Source: Octopus vulgaris
Lineage: Eukaryota
Direction of reading: 5' to 3'
Assembly (NCBI GenBank): GCA_951406725.2
Contig: OX597814.1
Coordinates: 54,002,001 to 54,066,000, forward strand
Length of the DNA stretch: 64,000 nt
The translations under genes and the position numbers were made by a program. Below, in pieces: positions 12,187-23,740 of the stretch (positions within the stretch are counted from its first letter, which is position 1; every line of letters starts with the position of its first letter). The notes beneath the pieces were generated by a model that was given only the letters and a program-made list of their open reading frames with translations, was not told where the DNA came from and did no database searches.

Positions 12187-12831
12187 TGAACCATTTAAGT
12201 AAGACATTCACACTAACCTTATCACTTTGTTTCTTATAACTCATAAAATCATTCTCGTCTTATTATTATAAAGACTTGCTATCACACAAACTAGTCATCA
12301 CATTAGCAAACCACTGTACAAACTTATTGCCAGATTCATCAGTTTTCAGGTAATCTATGTTTCCATCCCCCTGTGCCATGTTTCAGCTGCAACATTTATC
12401 AGTAACAATACAAGCTAGCTATTATATGTGCAAGCCAAAGGTGGTGAGCTGGCAAAATTGCTAGCATACTGGACAAAATGCTTAGTGGCACTTCATCCAT
12501 CCTTACATTCTGAGTTCAAATTCTGTCAAGGTTGACTTTTACCTTTCATCTTTTCAGGGTTGATAAAATAATACCAGTTGAGTTCTTGGGTAATCTGATG
12601 TTATTGATTACCCACCTTCCTGAAAATTTTAGGCCTTGTGCCTAAAATAGAAAAGATAATATGTACTAGCTACCACATGTCTCAGTTACAATACATCCAG
12701 CTACTAACAGTTTCAGCTACCACATGTTTTAACCACTGAACAAACTAGGCAATACATAACTTAACAACCACAAAATTAAGCAAGTACAGCCTGATCACAA
12801 CTACACAAAACAATAAAACACTTTATCTCAC

Positions 12832-12969
12832 TTGATCTGAAAATCCAATAAATTTTCCACCATAATTCTGAATAATTTTTTGCTGTAAAACCCAGGCATT
12901 GCGGAAGCTCTGTTTACTTTCAGATCCATATCGAAAAATTACATAAACTTCTTTTAAAGCAGCCGGAAA
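12832..12969 (-). CDS. Tandem DUF1330-like gene, coding exon 3 (domain 1, N-terminal half)
   Basis: ttttgcag|FPAALKEVYVIFRYGSESKQSFRNAWVLQQKIIQNYGGKFIGFSDQ|gtgaga. IIQNYGGKF resembles the DUF1330 motif (I.KYGGRF). Confidence 0.85.
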
Positions 12970-13020
12970 CTGCAAAACAAGTACAAAATACATAAACATC
13001 TTTCTGAGTACCAAGAAATT

Positions 13021-13496
13021 AGAGGTATTATTTATCCCCACTTAAACATGGATGTTTTGTAAGAACAAACTATACTGTGATAGATGCCATAAGAGAAACT
13101 CTCATATTGGTTTTTGGTGTAAAATGCACTCTTGCTTATATTGCTATTGGTTTTTGGTGTAAAATGCACTCTTGCTTATATTGCTAGCAGGGAGATAAAT
13201 TCCCACTATTTCTAATGCTGAGATCACCCACTTGATTTCAACCAACGATGGATGTCGTCATACAACCACTATCTCTAGTACTCAAGTGTCTATTATTGAT
13301 GAGACCAAGGAAGGTTGAAATCAAGTGATCTGATGGACTCGGCACTTGAGATAGCAGAGATTCATCTCCCCACTAGCAATATAAGCAAGAGTGCATTTTG
13401 AACTAAAACCCAATATGAGAGTTTCTCTCACAGTATCTACTGTGGTATAGTTTGTTCTAACAGAATATTCATGCTTAATTGGGGATAATTACCTCT
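13021..13496. mobile_element. Palindromic foldback/MITE, ~475 bp
   Basis: Left arm agaggtattatttatcccc...cttgcttatattgct is the reverse complement of right arm agcaatataagcaag...ggggataattacctct; internal 40-bp tandem duplication. Confidence 0.8.
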
Positions 13497-13909
13497 CAGT
13501 ATTAGTATTGCTTCTGTTGCTAGAATATATTTTTTAACAAGAAATTAGATATAGCTTTTTTTTCAGTTTTGTTTCATTTGTCTCATTAAATATGTGTATC
13601 CACAGATGTTTGGTCAGAAGCAGAACTTCAAAATTTGGTTGTATCACAGTCATTGACAACCTATCCTTAAGTAAGCAAGTCAGCCCGCAATTTTAGGTTT
13701 AAAACATGTGATCTTTCGTTTTAAGGATACCAGTGTGGATAAGTATTTTTGTATTTGTTACATTAAGTGACTTTTATAAAATATCACTGGTTTTGAAGTG
13801 TATATCCATCTTATCAAATATTAAAAATTGAAAGTCAAGGATTAGGAAATTAGAAAAAAATTGGAAATTAAAACAGTTTGTTCACATATTACCTGCATAG
13901 TTAAGAACA

Positions 13910-13914
<5 letters not shown>

Positions 13915-13968
<54 letters not shown>
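13915..13968. repeat. (GT)n microsatellite
   Basis: Direct inspection. Confidence 0.95.
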
Positions 13969-13971
<3 letters not shown>

Positions 13972-14202
13972 ACATATAAGTATAAAGAAATATAATTAAT
14001 TATTGACAGTCAGATAGATATAGATAATATAGTAACAAGAACACTTCAGATGGTTCTTAAATGATAAAACAAATGTGATACTAAAGCAGATTTAAGGATG
14101 AGAGAACAATATAGCACCTCAGACATTTTATAACTGAAGAATAATATAGAACCTCAGATGTTTTAGTATTAAATTAAAAGTAAAACAAAAGCGACAATTT
14201 AC

Positions 14203-14268
14203 AATATTTTCTCGTTTCCAGTTGTTTAGAAGTGGTGTGCATGGAGCCGAAGGATCTCTTGTTTGCAC
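14203..14268 (-). CDS. Tandem DUF1330-like gene, coding exon 2
   Basis: tttctttcag|VQTRDPSAPCTPLLNNWKRENI|gtaaat; 66 nt, phase 0 to 0. Confidence 0.7.
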
Positions 14269-14489
14269 CTGAAAGAAATAAAACAAACAACAAAAATTGA
14301 ATAATATAATAGTATAGAGAGTAAAAATTAGTTGGTCTCTATTACTAGGAAGATTGAACCAATAGGTATATTAGCCATTGACACAACACAATATTTATGA
14401 CAGAATACAAACTGTTGATACTTCCGCCAGTAAGCAGATTCATCATCAACTTGGCCACCTGCAACTATGGCTGAGACAAATCATTGTCA

Positions 14490-14955
14490 GATGGCATCAT
14501 TTAACATCGATTTTCCATTCTGCTATGAGTTGGACAATTTGACAGGAGGTGGAAGGCTAGGAACCATACCATATTCCATTGTCTGTTTTGGCATGGCTTC
14601 TATAGCTGGATGCCCCTCCTAATGTAAACCATTTTACAATGTGTACTGGGTGCTTTTTATGTGGAACCAGCACCAGCGGTTTTCATGAAGCACCAGTGCT
14701 TTTCACAAGGTGCTATCACCAACACTTTTCATGTAGCACCAGCACCAGCGCTTTTTATATGGCACCAGCACCAGTACTTTTTATGTGGCACCAGCACAAG
14801 TGCTTTTTACATGGCACCAGCACCAACACTTTATACATAGCACCATCCCCAATGCTTTTCATGTGACACCAACACCAGTGCGTTTTATGTGGAACCAGCA
14901 CCAGTGCATTTTATATGGAACCAGTATCAGTGCTTTTTACATGTTACCAGTTTCA
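14490..14955 (-). mobile_element. RTE-tailed SINE-like repeat with an internal ~25-bp minisatellite
   Basis: ctggatgccc..cctaatg core shared with copies at 39045, 49015 and 51010; unit GCACCAGCACCAGTGCTTTTTATGTG repeated about 12 times at 14640-14950. Confidence 0.65.
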
Positions 14956-15589
14956 AGAGGGCCACCATGTACTTTGGTGGGAGTGGGGAGTAGTGAAGAG
15001 TGTGTGGCTGTGTGCCAGTTAAAAGATTTAAGGTATTGAGAGGACAGATATAAGTGTCACTGTAAATAGATACATATATACCTCAGTTGGAAAACAAAGA
15101 AAAGTGAGTTGAAGAATAAGATAAAAAGAATGGCAGTGAGAGAGATGATGGTAGAGATGTGTTGGGACATGCCCTTCAGAGACATTGGGGGTGGTGAGAA
15201 TAGCTGAAGTGATATAGAAGTTGTGACTGAGTAAGAGGGTAGGATGAGATGACTGTAGCAAATGATGCAGAGAAATATAGGAGAGGCTCAGGAGTAGGAA
15301 TTGCAGCAGATATGTGAGGACATTGAAATAGTAGGCAAGTGAAGAGTTGATGATGGAGAGCAGCACAAGGGAGGGGAGAGAAGGCACAGAAAGGAGGTGA
15401 TTGGTGGAGACAGTAAGCAGGGAAAGACAAGTAACTGCTGGAGAGTAAAGGTATCTGAGTAAGCCACAGGGTATAGTATGTGCTTATTCTGCTCTTAGAT
15501 GATAGAAGTGATGGGTTTTGGGGGATGAAATGTGACAGAAGATAGAAGGTTGACAGGGCAGAGAGGATGGAGGTAAGCATTACCAAGGT

Positions 15590-15800
15590 AGGTTTGAGAT
15601 ATTAATACTGCTATGACAGGTGGGTCTTCTTGAATACAGCAAAGTGTCAAATATCCATTGTCATCTCCTTTGTAAGGCTTAGCCTTTTCAGATTGGCCTT
15701 CAATACTTCGTCTCATGTCATCCTGGGTCTCCTTCTTCCACAATTTCCATCCACTTTAAGTGATGGACACTTTTTTTATACAACTGTCCTCATCCATATG
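15590..15800 (-). mobile_element. RTE LINE 3' end fragment
   Basis: GRRRPRMT*DEVLKANLKRLSLTKEM matches the RTE C-terminal RGRPR.TW...V..DL motif. Confidence 0.65.
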
Positions 15801-16069
15801 CATCACATATATAGACTATTTGTTTATTTTATCTATTTCTATGTCTTATATTTATCAAAGGTATGTGACATATTTATATATTTACTTATTTTTTCTTATA
15901 CATCAATTTCTATTTCTCATAGCCTGTTCCAGCCCCTGGTCTTGCCAATTCCTGTCAAACTATCCAATCCATGCCAGCATGGAAAATGGACATTAAATGT
16001 TATTGTTGATGATGATGATGATAATGACAATGATGATATTGTAGCAATAGAAGTGGTAATAATATGAAG

Positions 16070-16288
16070 CGGTACTATTTATCCTCACTTAAGCATGGAT
16101 GTTCTGTTAGAACAAACTATGCTGCGGTAGATACCACGAGAGAAACTCTCGTATTGGCTTTTGGTACAAAATGCATAAACAAAAATGCATTTTGCACCAA
16201 AAACCAATATGAGAGTTTCTCTCATGGTATTTGCTACAGTATAGTTTGTTCTAACAGGACATCCATGTTTTAAGTTGGGATAAATTAT
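16070..16288. mobile_element. Internally deleted copy of the same foldback MITE (hairpin)
   Basis: ~105-bp inverted arms around a short loop at ~16177-16184; arms homologous to 13021-13496. Confidence 0.8.
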
Positions 16289-16411
16289 GTATATATGTTT
16301 GTATACGTATACTTAATGTGTGTGTTACCATCATGATAACAAGGATGGAAGTAATGATAGTGCAAGACACCAACATTGTGTGTTATAGAATGATTGTTGC
16401 ATGTAACTTAC

Positions 16412-16432
16412 TCCTATGTTTTTCGTATTCAT
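16412..16432 (-). CDS. Tandem DUF1330-like gene, first coding segment MNTKNIG (exon 16412-16468)
   Basis: cag acceptor 16469-16471, strong gtaagt donor, phase 0 to the next exon. The ATG at 16432 is preceded by an in-frame TGA. Confidence 0.6.
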
Positions 16433-17202
16433 AACTGGATATAGGCTTTCAGTTCAGGGCTGGATCATCTGGAAGATGTAAGTTTTCATACAAATTAATA
16501 CTTCACTTCCTGCACTTGTGAGAAAATACACCAAATAAAAAGGTGTTTCATCAACTTCACAGCCACATCATGTTTCCCATTCAGTTATACAAATACACTT
16601 ACAAATGCAAATTAACTCTTTCCCCTTCTAAATGGTTTACTACATGGATTTGATATCTTCACATTACATTCCATCAATAAAATATACCATTTTAAAATCC
16701 AGTTCACTCCTCTCTTGGCAGATCTATTGGAACTGGCAGCAGACTGGGAAAAAAACAGTTATGTGAGCCCGAGTTTTGAGAAAGGCAATTTCAGGCTTAA
16801 AATTCTGCTGAACATATAGTTAAATATTTTGGCCAAGGTGCTTGCAAAAAGTTAGATGATGATAATATTGTCAAATCCACATAAGCCTGTAAAATTAAGA
16901 AATTAAAACATTTGCAACAAACACAATAACATCCTCATCCTTGTCATTACTGTTATTATTGCTTATATCATTCCCTTCATCATTGTCAGCCATCCTCAAC
17001 GAGGATAACAAAAGCAAAACCACAGCAACAACAATATTATTAACATCCTTTTCATTATCAATATCAGTTCCTTAACACCAACAATTGCAACAGACACAAG
17101 ACAACAAGGAAATATTTATGTAGTTACTTGACCTTATTTTTTGTTTAAGCCTCAATAGTTGATGACTGCAAGAAAAACATAGGTGAGAAAGTAATTCTAG
17201 AA

Positions 17203-17347
17203 CAGACATGGGCAACTTTTTCAAGAAGTGGTCCACATGAAATATGGCTTCTCATCAAGTGAACCATACTGCTAAAAAAATTCAAGGTAATTTTTCATTA
17301 GACATACCATTCAGAAACTCTTGCAAGTTGCAGGTTGCCCATGACTG
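17203..17347. mobile_element. hAT (Charlie-type) MITE, 145 bp
   Basis: TIRs CAGACATGGGCAAC / GTTGCCCATGACTG; 8-bp TSD TTCTAGAA/TTCTAGAT fits the NTCTAGAN preference. Confidence 0.85.
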
Positions 17348-18878
17348 TTCTAGATGATTGACATACTGGAAAATAATAGTAGTTAGTGTGGAGTTTAGAA
17401 GGGTAGTCAGTATGATTAGTGAGAAGATGACAGATAGGTGGGGATGGTATACTACTAACTTGCTTTGATAATCAGAGATCATTGTAATAGCTGTAGAAAA
17501 GTCAGAATGAAGACATAGGATATCTGTGGGCTAAAGTTCAAAATGTATTGGTGAATGAATCTATGCCAAATTAGCCAAAGGGTTTTCTTTTGAATACAGT
17601 CTTGGGTATTTGTATGTTGTAGCAGCAGCAGTACCATCTGGGATGTAGGGGCAACATTTCACTGTGGGTCTCATTTTAAGATTTGTAGAGTCAACAACTG
17701 CTTAAAAGTTGAAGTAGTTTCTGCATCCAAAGCAGAAGATTAATCCTTGGGATGCAAATTTTTCTATTATGAATATGATATTATCAGGAAAGATAATCAG
17801 TTAGTATAACCCCAGTTAGTATAACTTTGAGAATTATAATAGTATGTTGTCCTAGATTAATGAGGGTTACATACAAAACTGTTTCCTTGATAATCTACAG
17901 TAATTGTAACTTTGTTTAGTGAAGAAAAGATTATGTCTCCATTGGAGAAGGTTTTGGAGGTCTCTGTTCAGGGAAGTAGTGCATGCAGGTTTGATGAGGG
18001 GTGTTATGGTTGGATGTAAATGATATATGTGTGCAAAAAGTTAGGCAAGTGTGAAGAATATCATATGTATTATTAAAGGTGATAGTAAAAGTATCATTAA
18101 TGTACAGGATGGAGACTACAGCAGATATAACCAAAGATTCACTGGGAAACATGGTTTTTGGTGTTGGAGACATGCTTCCCTAGTAATTTGGGAGTACAGT
18201 TTTCAAAAATGAAATCGATTTTGCTTTATCATGTCAAAATCTTTCACAAATTCAAATGTCCATTTTGTGACATTTCTGGTATTGTCTATGTATGGAGTTT
18301 GACATAACTTTGAAAACAATTTTTAAATATCATTTAAAATAAGTGCAACTACAAAAGGGAAAACAAAAGTCATGATTTAAGTATCTTCAGTAAATGAAAA
18401 GTATCAAACTTGAGCAACTGCCACTATTTTCAACCTAACCAGTTTTAAATATCACGATGATGACAGCAATGTCCTTTATACAATTAGATGTTAACAAACA
18501 ACACATTTTTGTGGTCTTTGACATCATACATATTTCATATTTGTGGAATTTGTCTGTAGATATGCCCAGGCTGTGCTTGATTTAGTCTATCATTGCAAAC
18601 CAGGTGAGACATATTTAGTTGAACCTTTAAACCATTTCTTACACAAATTGGTTTTTTGAATGTGCTTTTAGTGTTTTAATTACAAGATCACATGAGTCAA
18701 GATCACTTTTTGTCAAACATCATAAAAAAACTGTAAAAAAAAAACTTCATAGTATGCATGCTCTTTGTGGAACTTTGCCATCACAAACTTGCATTTGCTT
18801 ACTTTATAACTGTTGACAATTTTGTAAATACTTTTCCCAGGTTACAGATGGCTTGAATATGTTTTGTATATCAGAAAT

Positions 18879-19557
18879 ATGGCCAGTTGTGTGAGAAGAA
18901 AATGCAAAAACAGCCCTGATGTCCTCTGCTTTATTTGTGGATGTTACACTTTATCTAGGCAGCAAAACAAAATTACAGATTTTGTGAAGAAAGCTTACTT
19001 CACTTACTTTGGTGTGAGACTGGGTCATCAAGACAAAACCTGGGCACCCTGTATAATGTTTAGAATGTGCTGAAACACTGAGACAGTGACTGATTCAAAT
19101 ACTTAAGCAGAAAGTTTCCAGTTTTGTCTTGTGAGAAAACTAAGGCTGGTATGTATGATGGGCCACAGATTAGGTGGCTGTTGCAGAACAAGCAGTTTTT
19201 GGAGACCATGTATAGCATTGAAAAAGAAACATGGAATGCATTCGCTGCAGTTGTATCTGATTTCCTTAGAAACAGGATGTCATCAAATTATGAACTTGTG
19301 CAGACCCTTCTAATCAATTTTTGAGCACTGGGCTGCAACATGAGCCTAAAAGTGCATTTCCTGTACAGTAATGTGCACTACTTCCCTAAAAATCATAGTG
19401 CCATAAGTGAGAAAGATTCCACCAAGACATTGAAACCATGGAGACTAGGAATCAAGGCAAGTGGAACATAAACATGATGGATAACTACCACTGGTCTCTG
19501 CAAATAGACTATCATGATGCAAGTTATTCATGCAAAGCAGCAAAAAGGAAGTTCTGA
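18879..19557 (+). mobile_element. Internally deleted DNA transposase remnant (probably Chapaev-3/CMC)
   Basis: N-terminal CKNSPDVLCFICG..ITDFVKKAYFTYFGVRLGHQDKTWAP fused to C-terminal KAGMYDGPQIR..LGCNMSLKVHFL..RFHQDI..QGKWNINMMDNY. Superfamily is from recall. Confidence 0.75.
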
Positions 19558-20222
19558 TGTGCATTATTTCAGGGTTTGTAGCCTTGTTCATGTGAAGTGG
19601 CTAGAATTGTTTTTGCACTTGCCATACATTTGTGTATAGTGGAGAGTAACAAGGAAGTTGTTAGACAATCTGATAAGTGCAGAGGGAGAATCAAACAGTT
19701 GTTGCTAGTCAGAAAAGTCCAGTGAACAATGGAGGCATCAGACAAACACAGAGGAGTAAGGAAGGGAACTTTGATCACAAGCCCTTGTTGTTGGTATTCA
19801 GGTGAGAGAGGTAAGTAATGGACAGAAAGTATTCTACATGTGCAGATACCAAAGTTCAGAATGAAGTTTGAATATAGAGTTTGAACAGCAAAGATAGCTA
19901 TCATTCATAAACGAGTATAACTTCATAACATGTGCCACACTTTCAATAATTGTTTAAAATGTGCAAATTGTCTCGAGCAAACACTATCACGGTCCTGTTG
20001 CTCTTGACCCAGGATGTGACAGTAAGAGAGAGGACTACATCAGTACTAGACTGGAACTTTATTTTTAGCTGCATGCATGGGCGCAATGTGAAATGGAGTC
20101 TTACACCTCGTCGAACCCACAATCACTAACCACTAAGCCCCGCATCTTTATGTTTATATTTATGCATGCTTTGCACATATTTTTATATACATATTGTTTT
20201 GTTTTGCTGGTATTAATGCTAT

Positions 20223-20256
<34 letters not shown>

Positions 20257-20593
20257 TTAGTAGTAATAGTGTCTATGGTAATAGTAATGATAGTAATATT
20301 AATGTAACTTAATATAAGGAATTCTTGACTTTGTATATCTGCATTTGAATATAGATATGTATATGTTTCTATATTGTAATATTCTAATATATTGTTGTGA
20401 CCAACTGTAACCTTGAATATTGTATCTTATTACTCATTGATGTACATTGTTTTGTTCGATATTATTATGTTTGACCTTAATGTTCATATGTAGTGGTTTA
20501 ATAAATTATGTGATTGGGCATTATCTGGTAGTTGATTATTGATTAAGATGTATTTCTCCATTTCCTTATTTTGTATATATATATATATATATA

Positions 20594-20890
20594 CAATTTA
20601 TGTTCCTAACACTGGCTTAATGATAACTAAGTTATTTTACTAGATTCTGTTATATTTAAAATTAATTGAAAGAAACACAGAGCATCTCAACAGAAATACG
20701 GTAACAAAAGAGTTACCAAATGATTAATTTAACCCTTTTGATACCAACCTACCTGAAACCACCTCTGGCTCTGTAGTACAAATGTATCGTTTTCATAAGT
20801 TTTGAATTAAAATCTTTCACCAAACCTTAGTCACAATTTCTGTTCCTAACACTACCTTAATGATAACTAAGTTATTTTACTAAATTCTAT
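20594..20890 (+). mobile_element. piggyBac-like MITE fragments (3' half then 5' half)
   Basis: TTAA-CCCTTT start near 20730 and an AAAGAGTTA end near 20715; a shared internal segment is duplicated. Related fragment at 26142-26310. Confidence 0.55.
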
Positions 20891-21679
20891 TGCTAAGAAA
20901 CAAGGTATTTGTTTCTCGAGGGGAATATAATTTGTGTATGTGTGTAAAGTAAGAGATAATGAGTGATGTCCAAGTTGGACCGAAGTTCATAAATATTCGT
21001 AAAGAGAGAGAATTATCCAGCGGATTATGTTAAATCACATTCTATGTTCTTTATGTGCATTATGTCTAAAACAAAAATATAAACAATACAATAAAATAAA
21101 GACGGACGATTTTAATTCTAGTTCTGGATCAGGGATGACTGAGAACTTTGACAACTGCAATTGTAACATTTCTACTATCATTATCTCTCGCTTTACTACG
21201 ACTACTACTACAATTACTTCCGCTACCACCACCAATAGTATCATCATTATTATCAGTGACTTCCTCATCATCAATAACAGAACAGCAACACGCCGGCAAA
21301 CAACAAAGCAGAATCACACATTCACAGTTCAGAAATTATAACGGAATCCTCTACGTGATCCCTCGACCTGCTAGGAAATAGCAGCCAAATCTACAAATTA
21401 CATCCAACCATATCTAAACAGATATATTGGAAGAACTTTGACCATGTGTCTGTTCAAACAAGACTGACATGAGACTAAACAACACCACTTACAACAATAA
21501 CAATTTGATTTTTTTTTACCACTTCTTCTTCTTCTTCTACTACTTCTTCTTCTTCTTCTTCTTCTACTTCTTCTACAACAACAACAACTGCTATTAAAAT
21601 ACAAGTATATTTTTCAATAAAGTCTAACTAAAATATTTCGATATTTGTTTATATTAACTATATTTTTGTTTGTTTTCAC

Positions 21680-21810
21680 TCAAATTATCGATTTTAATTC
21701 CGTCGTCAGCGTTCAGTTTGGGTGTTATGGCAACTAGTTGCTAGGGAACGATATCTTTACTACGGATGCTCGCGCGGGACATTTTAAATATGCTTATTAG
21801 CATAGGCAAC
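21680..21810 (-). promoter_or_regulatory. Putative promoter and 5'UTR exon of the DUF1330-like gene with three RFX X-box-like motifs
   Basis: GGTGTTATGGCAAC 21721-21734, GTTGCTAGGGAAC 21737-21749, TTAGCATAGGCAAC 21797-21810; local CpG cluster; minus-strand donor GA|gtgaaa at 21679. Confidence 0.5.
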
Positions 21811-22339
21811 GGTAGTTTTTTTTCTTTCTTTTTTCTTTTTAAACATATAACTACATAATGCAGCAAGCGTATGTCCAGGAAAATAAGAAAAGTCCTCCAT
21901 TTATAACAACAATAGCAACAGCAGCTCCTGAGCTGGCTGTTTTCAAATCAGGAATATTTATCCTTACGTCAGCCCTAATTTATCAGGCATTTCTACGATC
22001 AAAATCATTGCAACGATGAACATCACATCATTTTTTATTTTCAGACTTTATACATCTTACACTACATTATCCAATGTAGTATATTAAATAGCACCTTTTT
22101 AAAGAAGGTAACGTATGATATACGGGAAAATTTGGCTGCTATTTTCATCTGACCAAACGATCACTTAGAGCAAAATGAAGAAGCCGTTATGTCTAAAACA
22201 AGATTTCGTCTGAAAACTGACTTGTGACAAAATAAAAATATTTATCTCTTTTACTTGTTTCAGTGATTAGACTACAGTCATGAAGGGTTTAAGAGAATAA
22301 ATCGACCCTAGTACTTGTTTTTAAGTCTAATACTTATTC

Positions 22340-22869
22340 GGCAAGACTTCCTTTTGCACCACCCCACAAAAAACACCCCCTTTATTTATTTATTATTTCT
22401 ACTCAAACCCCGTTTTCGGATACGGAGAATACGAATCTGCAAAAAAATTGGCAAAAATCGGTATTTTGAAATTACGCCTCCACCCCACCCCCCTAATTTT
22501 TTTCAGAAATTGTTTTTCGAAATATGCGGAAAAATATGGAGATTATGATTCTGAAAAAAATTTCCAAAAGTTTTTGTAAAATTTTTTTGGCCGAAATTTT
22601 TTTTCAAAATATGTGGAAAAATACGGAGATTATGATTCTGGAAAAAAATTTCTCAAAATTTTTGTAGTTACAGTTAGGGTTAGGGTTAGGAAAAAAGTAA
22701 AAAGTGAAGAAATTGGGGGGAAGGGGGTAGGGGGCCGAAATTTCAAAATATCGATTTTTGGCAATTTTCCGGAGTCTCCATATCCGAAAACGAGGGTTTT
22801 TGGTTAAAAAAAAAAAATGGGAGAAAATGGTGGTGGTGGTGGTGGGGAGCGACAGGAGGAAGTCTTTCC
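22340..22869. mobile_element. Non-autonomous TIR element (Merlin-like), 530 bp, nested in a SINE
   Basis: TIRs GGCAAGACTTCC / GGAAGTCTTTCC, perfect 8-bp TSD ACTTATTC, long subterminal inverted repeats, internal TTAGGG run at 22674-22690. Confidence 0.8.
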
Positions 22870-22999
22870 ACTTATTCTATCTTTTGCCGAACCGCCTATT
22901 TACAGGGATGTAAACAAACCACCACCGGTTGTCAAGCTGTGGCATGAGACAACATTAAAAACACACTCACATACACGTCTGCAATTTTGCTGCTGGTAC

Positions 23000-23740
23000 T
23001 AAAACATTCCCATCAATGATAGTGCTCCTCCACGAAAAATTGCTGTTACTACTACTTAGAACCAATGCAGGAGTTTCTGTACCAAGGAAGAAAAATCTCT
23101 TTAGTATCCAGAGTGAATTGCAGGTGCATATGTACTGATAAAAATAATGAATCTTTTCCTTTTGAACGGCAGTTTGTAACATAATTTCTAGGTAACTAAA
23201 AAGTTTTAAACTTCATATACTGGTAGAATGTGTTTATAAAACATCATTTTCTCTTGGTTTTATTGAGAAAATTCTATAGTTTGTAAGATATTTCGTCTGA
23301 AAATCGAGCATTTCGGCAATTTTAACCAATTGATTACCTCCATTGAACTTAAATCATTTGCTGTGTCTAAAACTGAGACAACATCCTGTAACTAACCCTA
23401 AATTTTTTTTTTCTTAATTGTTAAATTAATTTAATTGTTACGCGTGTATACTGGTAGAATGTTTCAGATTAAAACATTTTTTTCTCTTGGCTTTCTTGAG
23501 AAAATTGTAATTTGTTCGTTTAACGTAGTTTAATTTTTCGAATTTTAACCAATCCTATGCTCTCTTTTGAGCTAAAATCATTTGCTAAGTCTAAAACTGA
23601 GACAACATCCTGTAACTAACCCTAACCCTAAATTTTTTTTTCTTAATTTAATTGTTACGCGTGTAAAAAAAACGAAAGCAATGGAAAATAATTTAAACAA
23701 TTAACAAACAAAATAATTCTATAATTTTATACACACGCTT
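23000..23740. repeat. Repeat with a ~230-bp internal tandem duplication ending in TAACCC motifs
   Basis: tatactggtagaatg...aaaactgagacaacatcctgtaactaaccctaa at ~23215-23400 and ~23447-23630. Confidence 0.6.

Noticed and set aside
14640-14950. Regularly spaced ~25-bp repeats superficially like a CRISPR array
   Set aside because: Tandem degenerate units with no unique spacers, inside a eukaryotic SINE-like repeat, and no cas genes.
4929-16432. Bacterial contamination as the source of the DUF1330-like sequence
   Set aside because: The coding sequence is split by canonical spliceosomal introns containing host SINEs and MITEs.
16454-16456. In-frame TGA as selenocysteine
   Set aside because: No convincing SECIS (RUGA..AA..GA spacing) in the short 3'UTR at 4775-4928.
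22674-22690. Telomere or chromosome-fusion relic
   Set aside because: Only about 3 units, inside a TIR element with a TSD.
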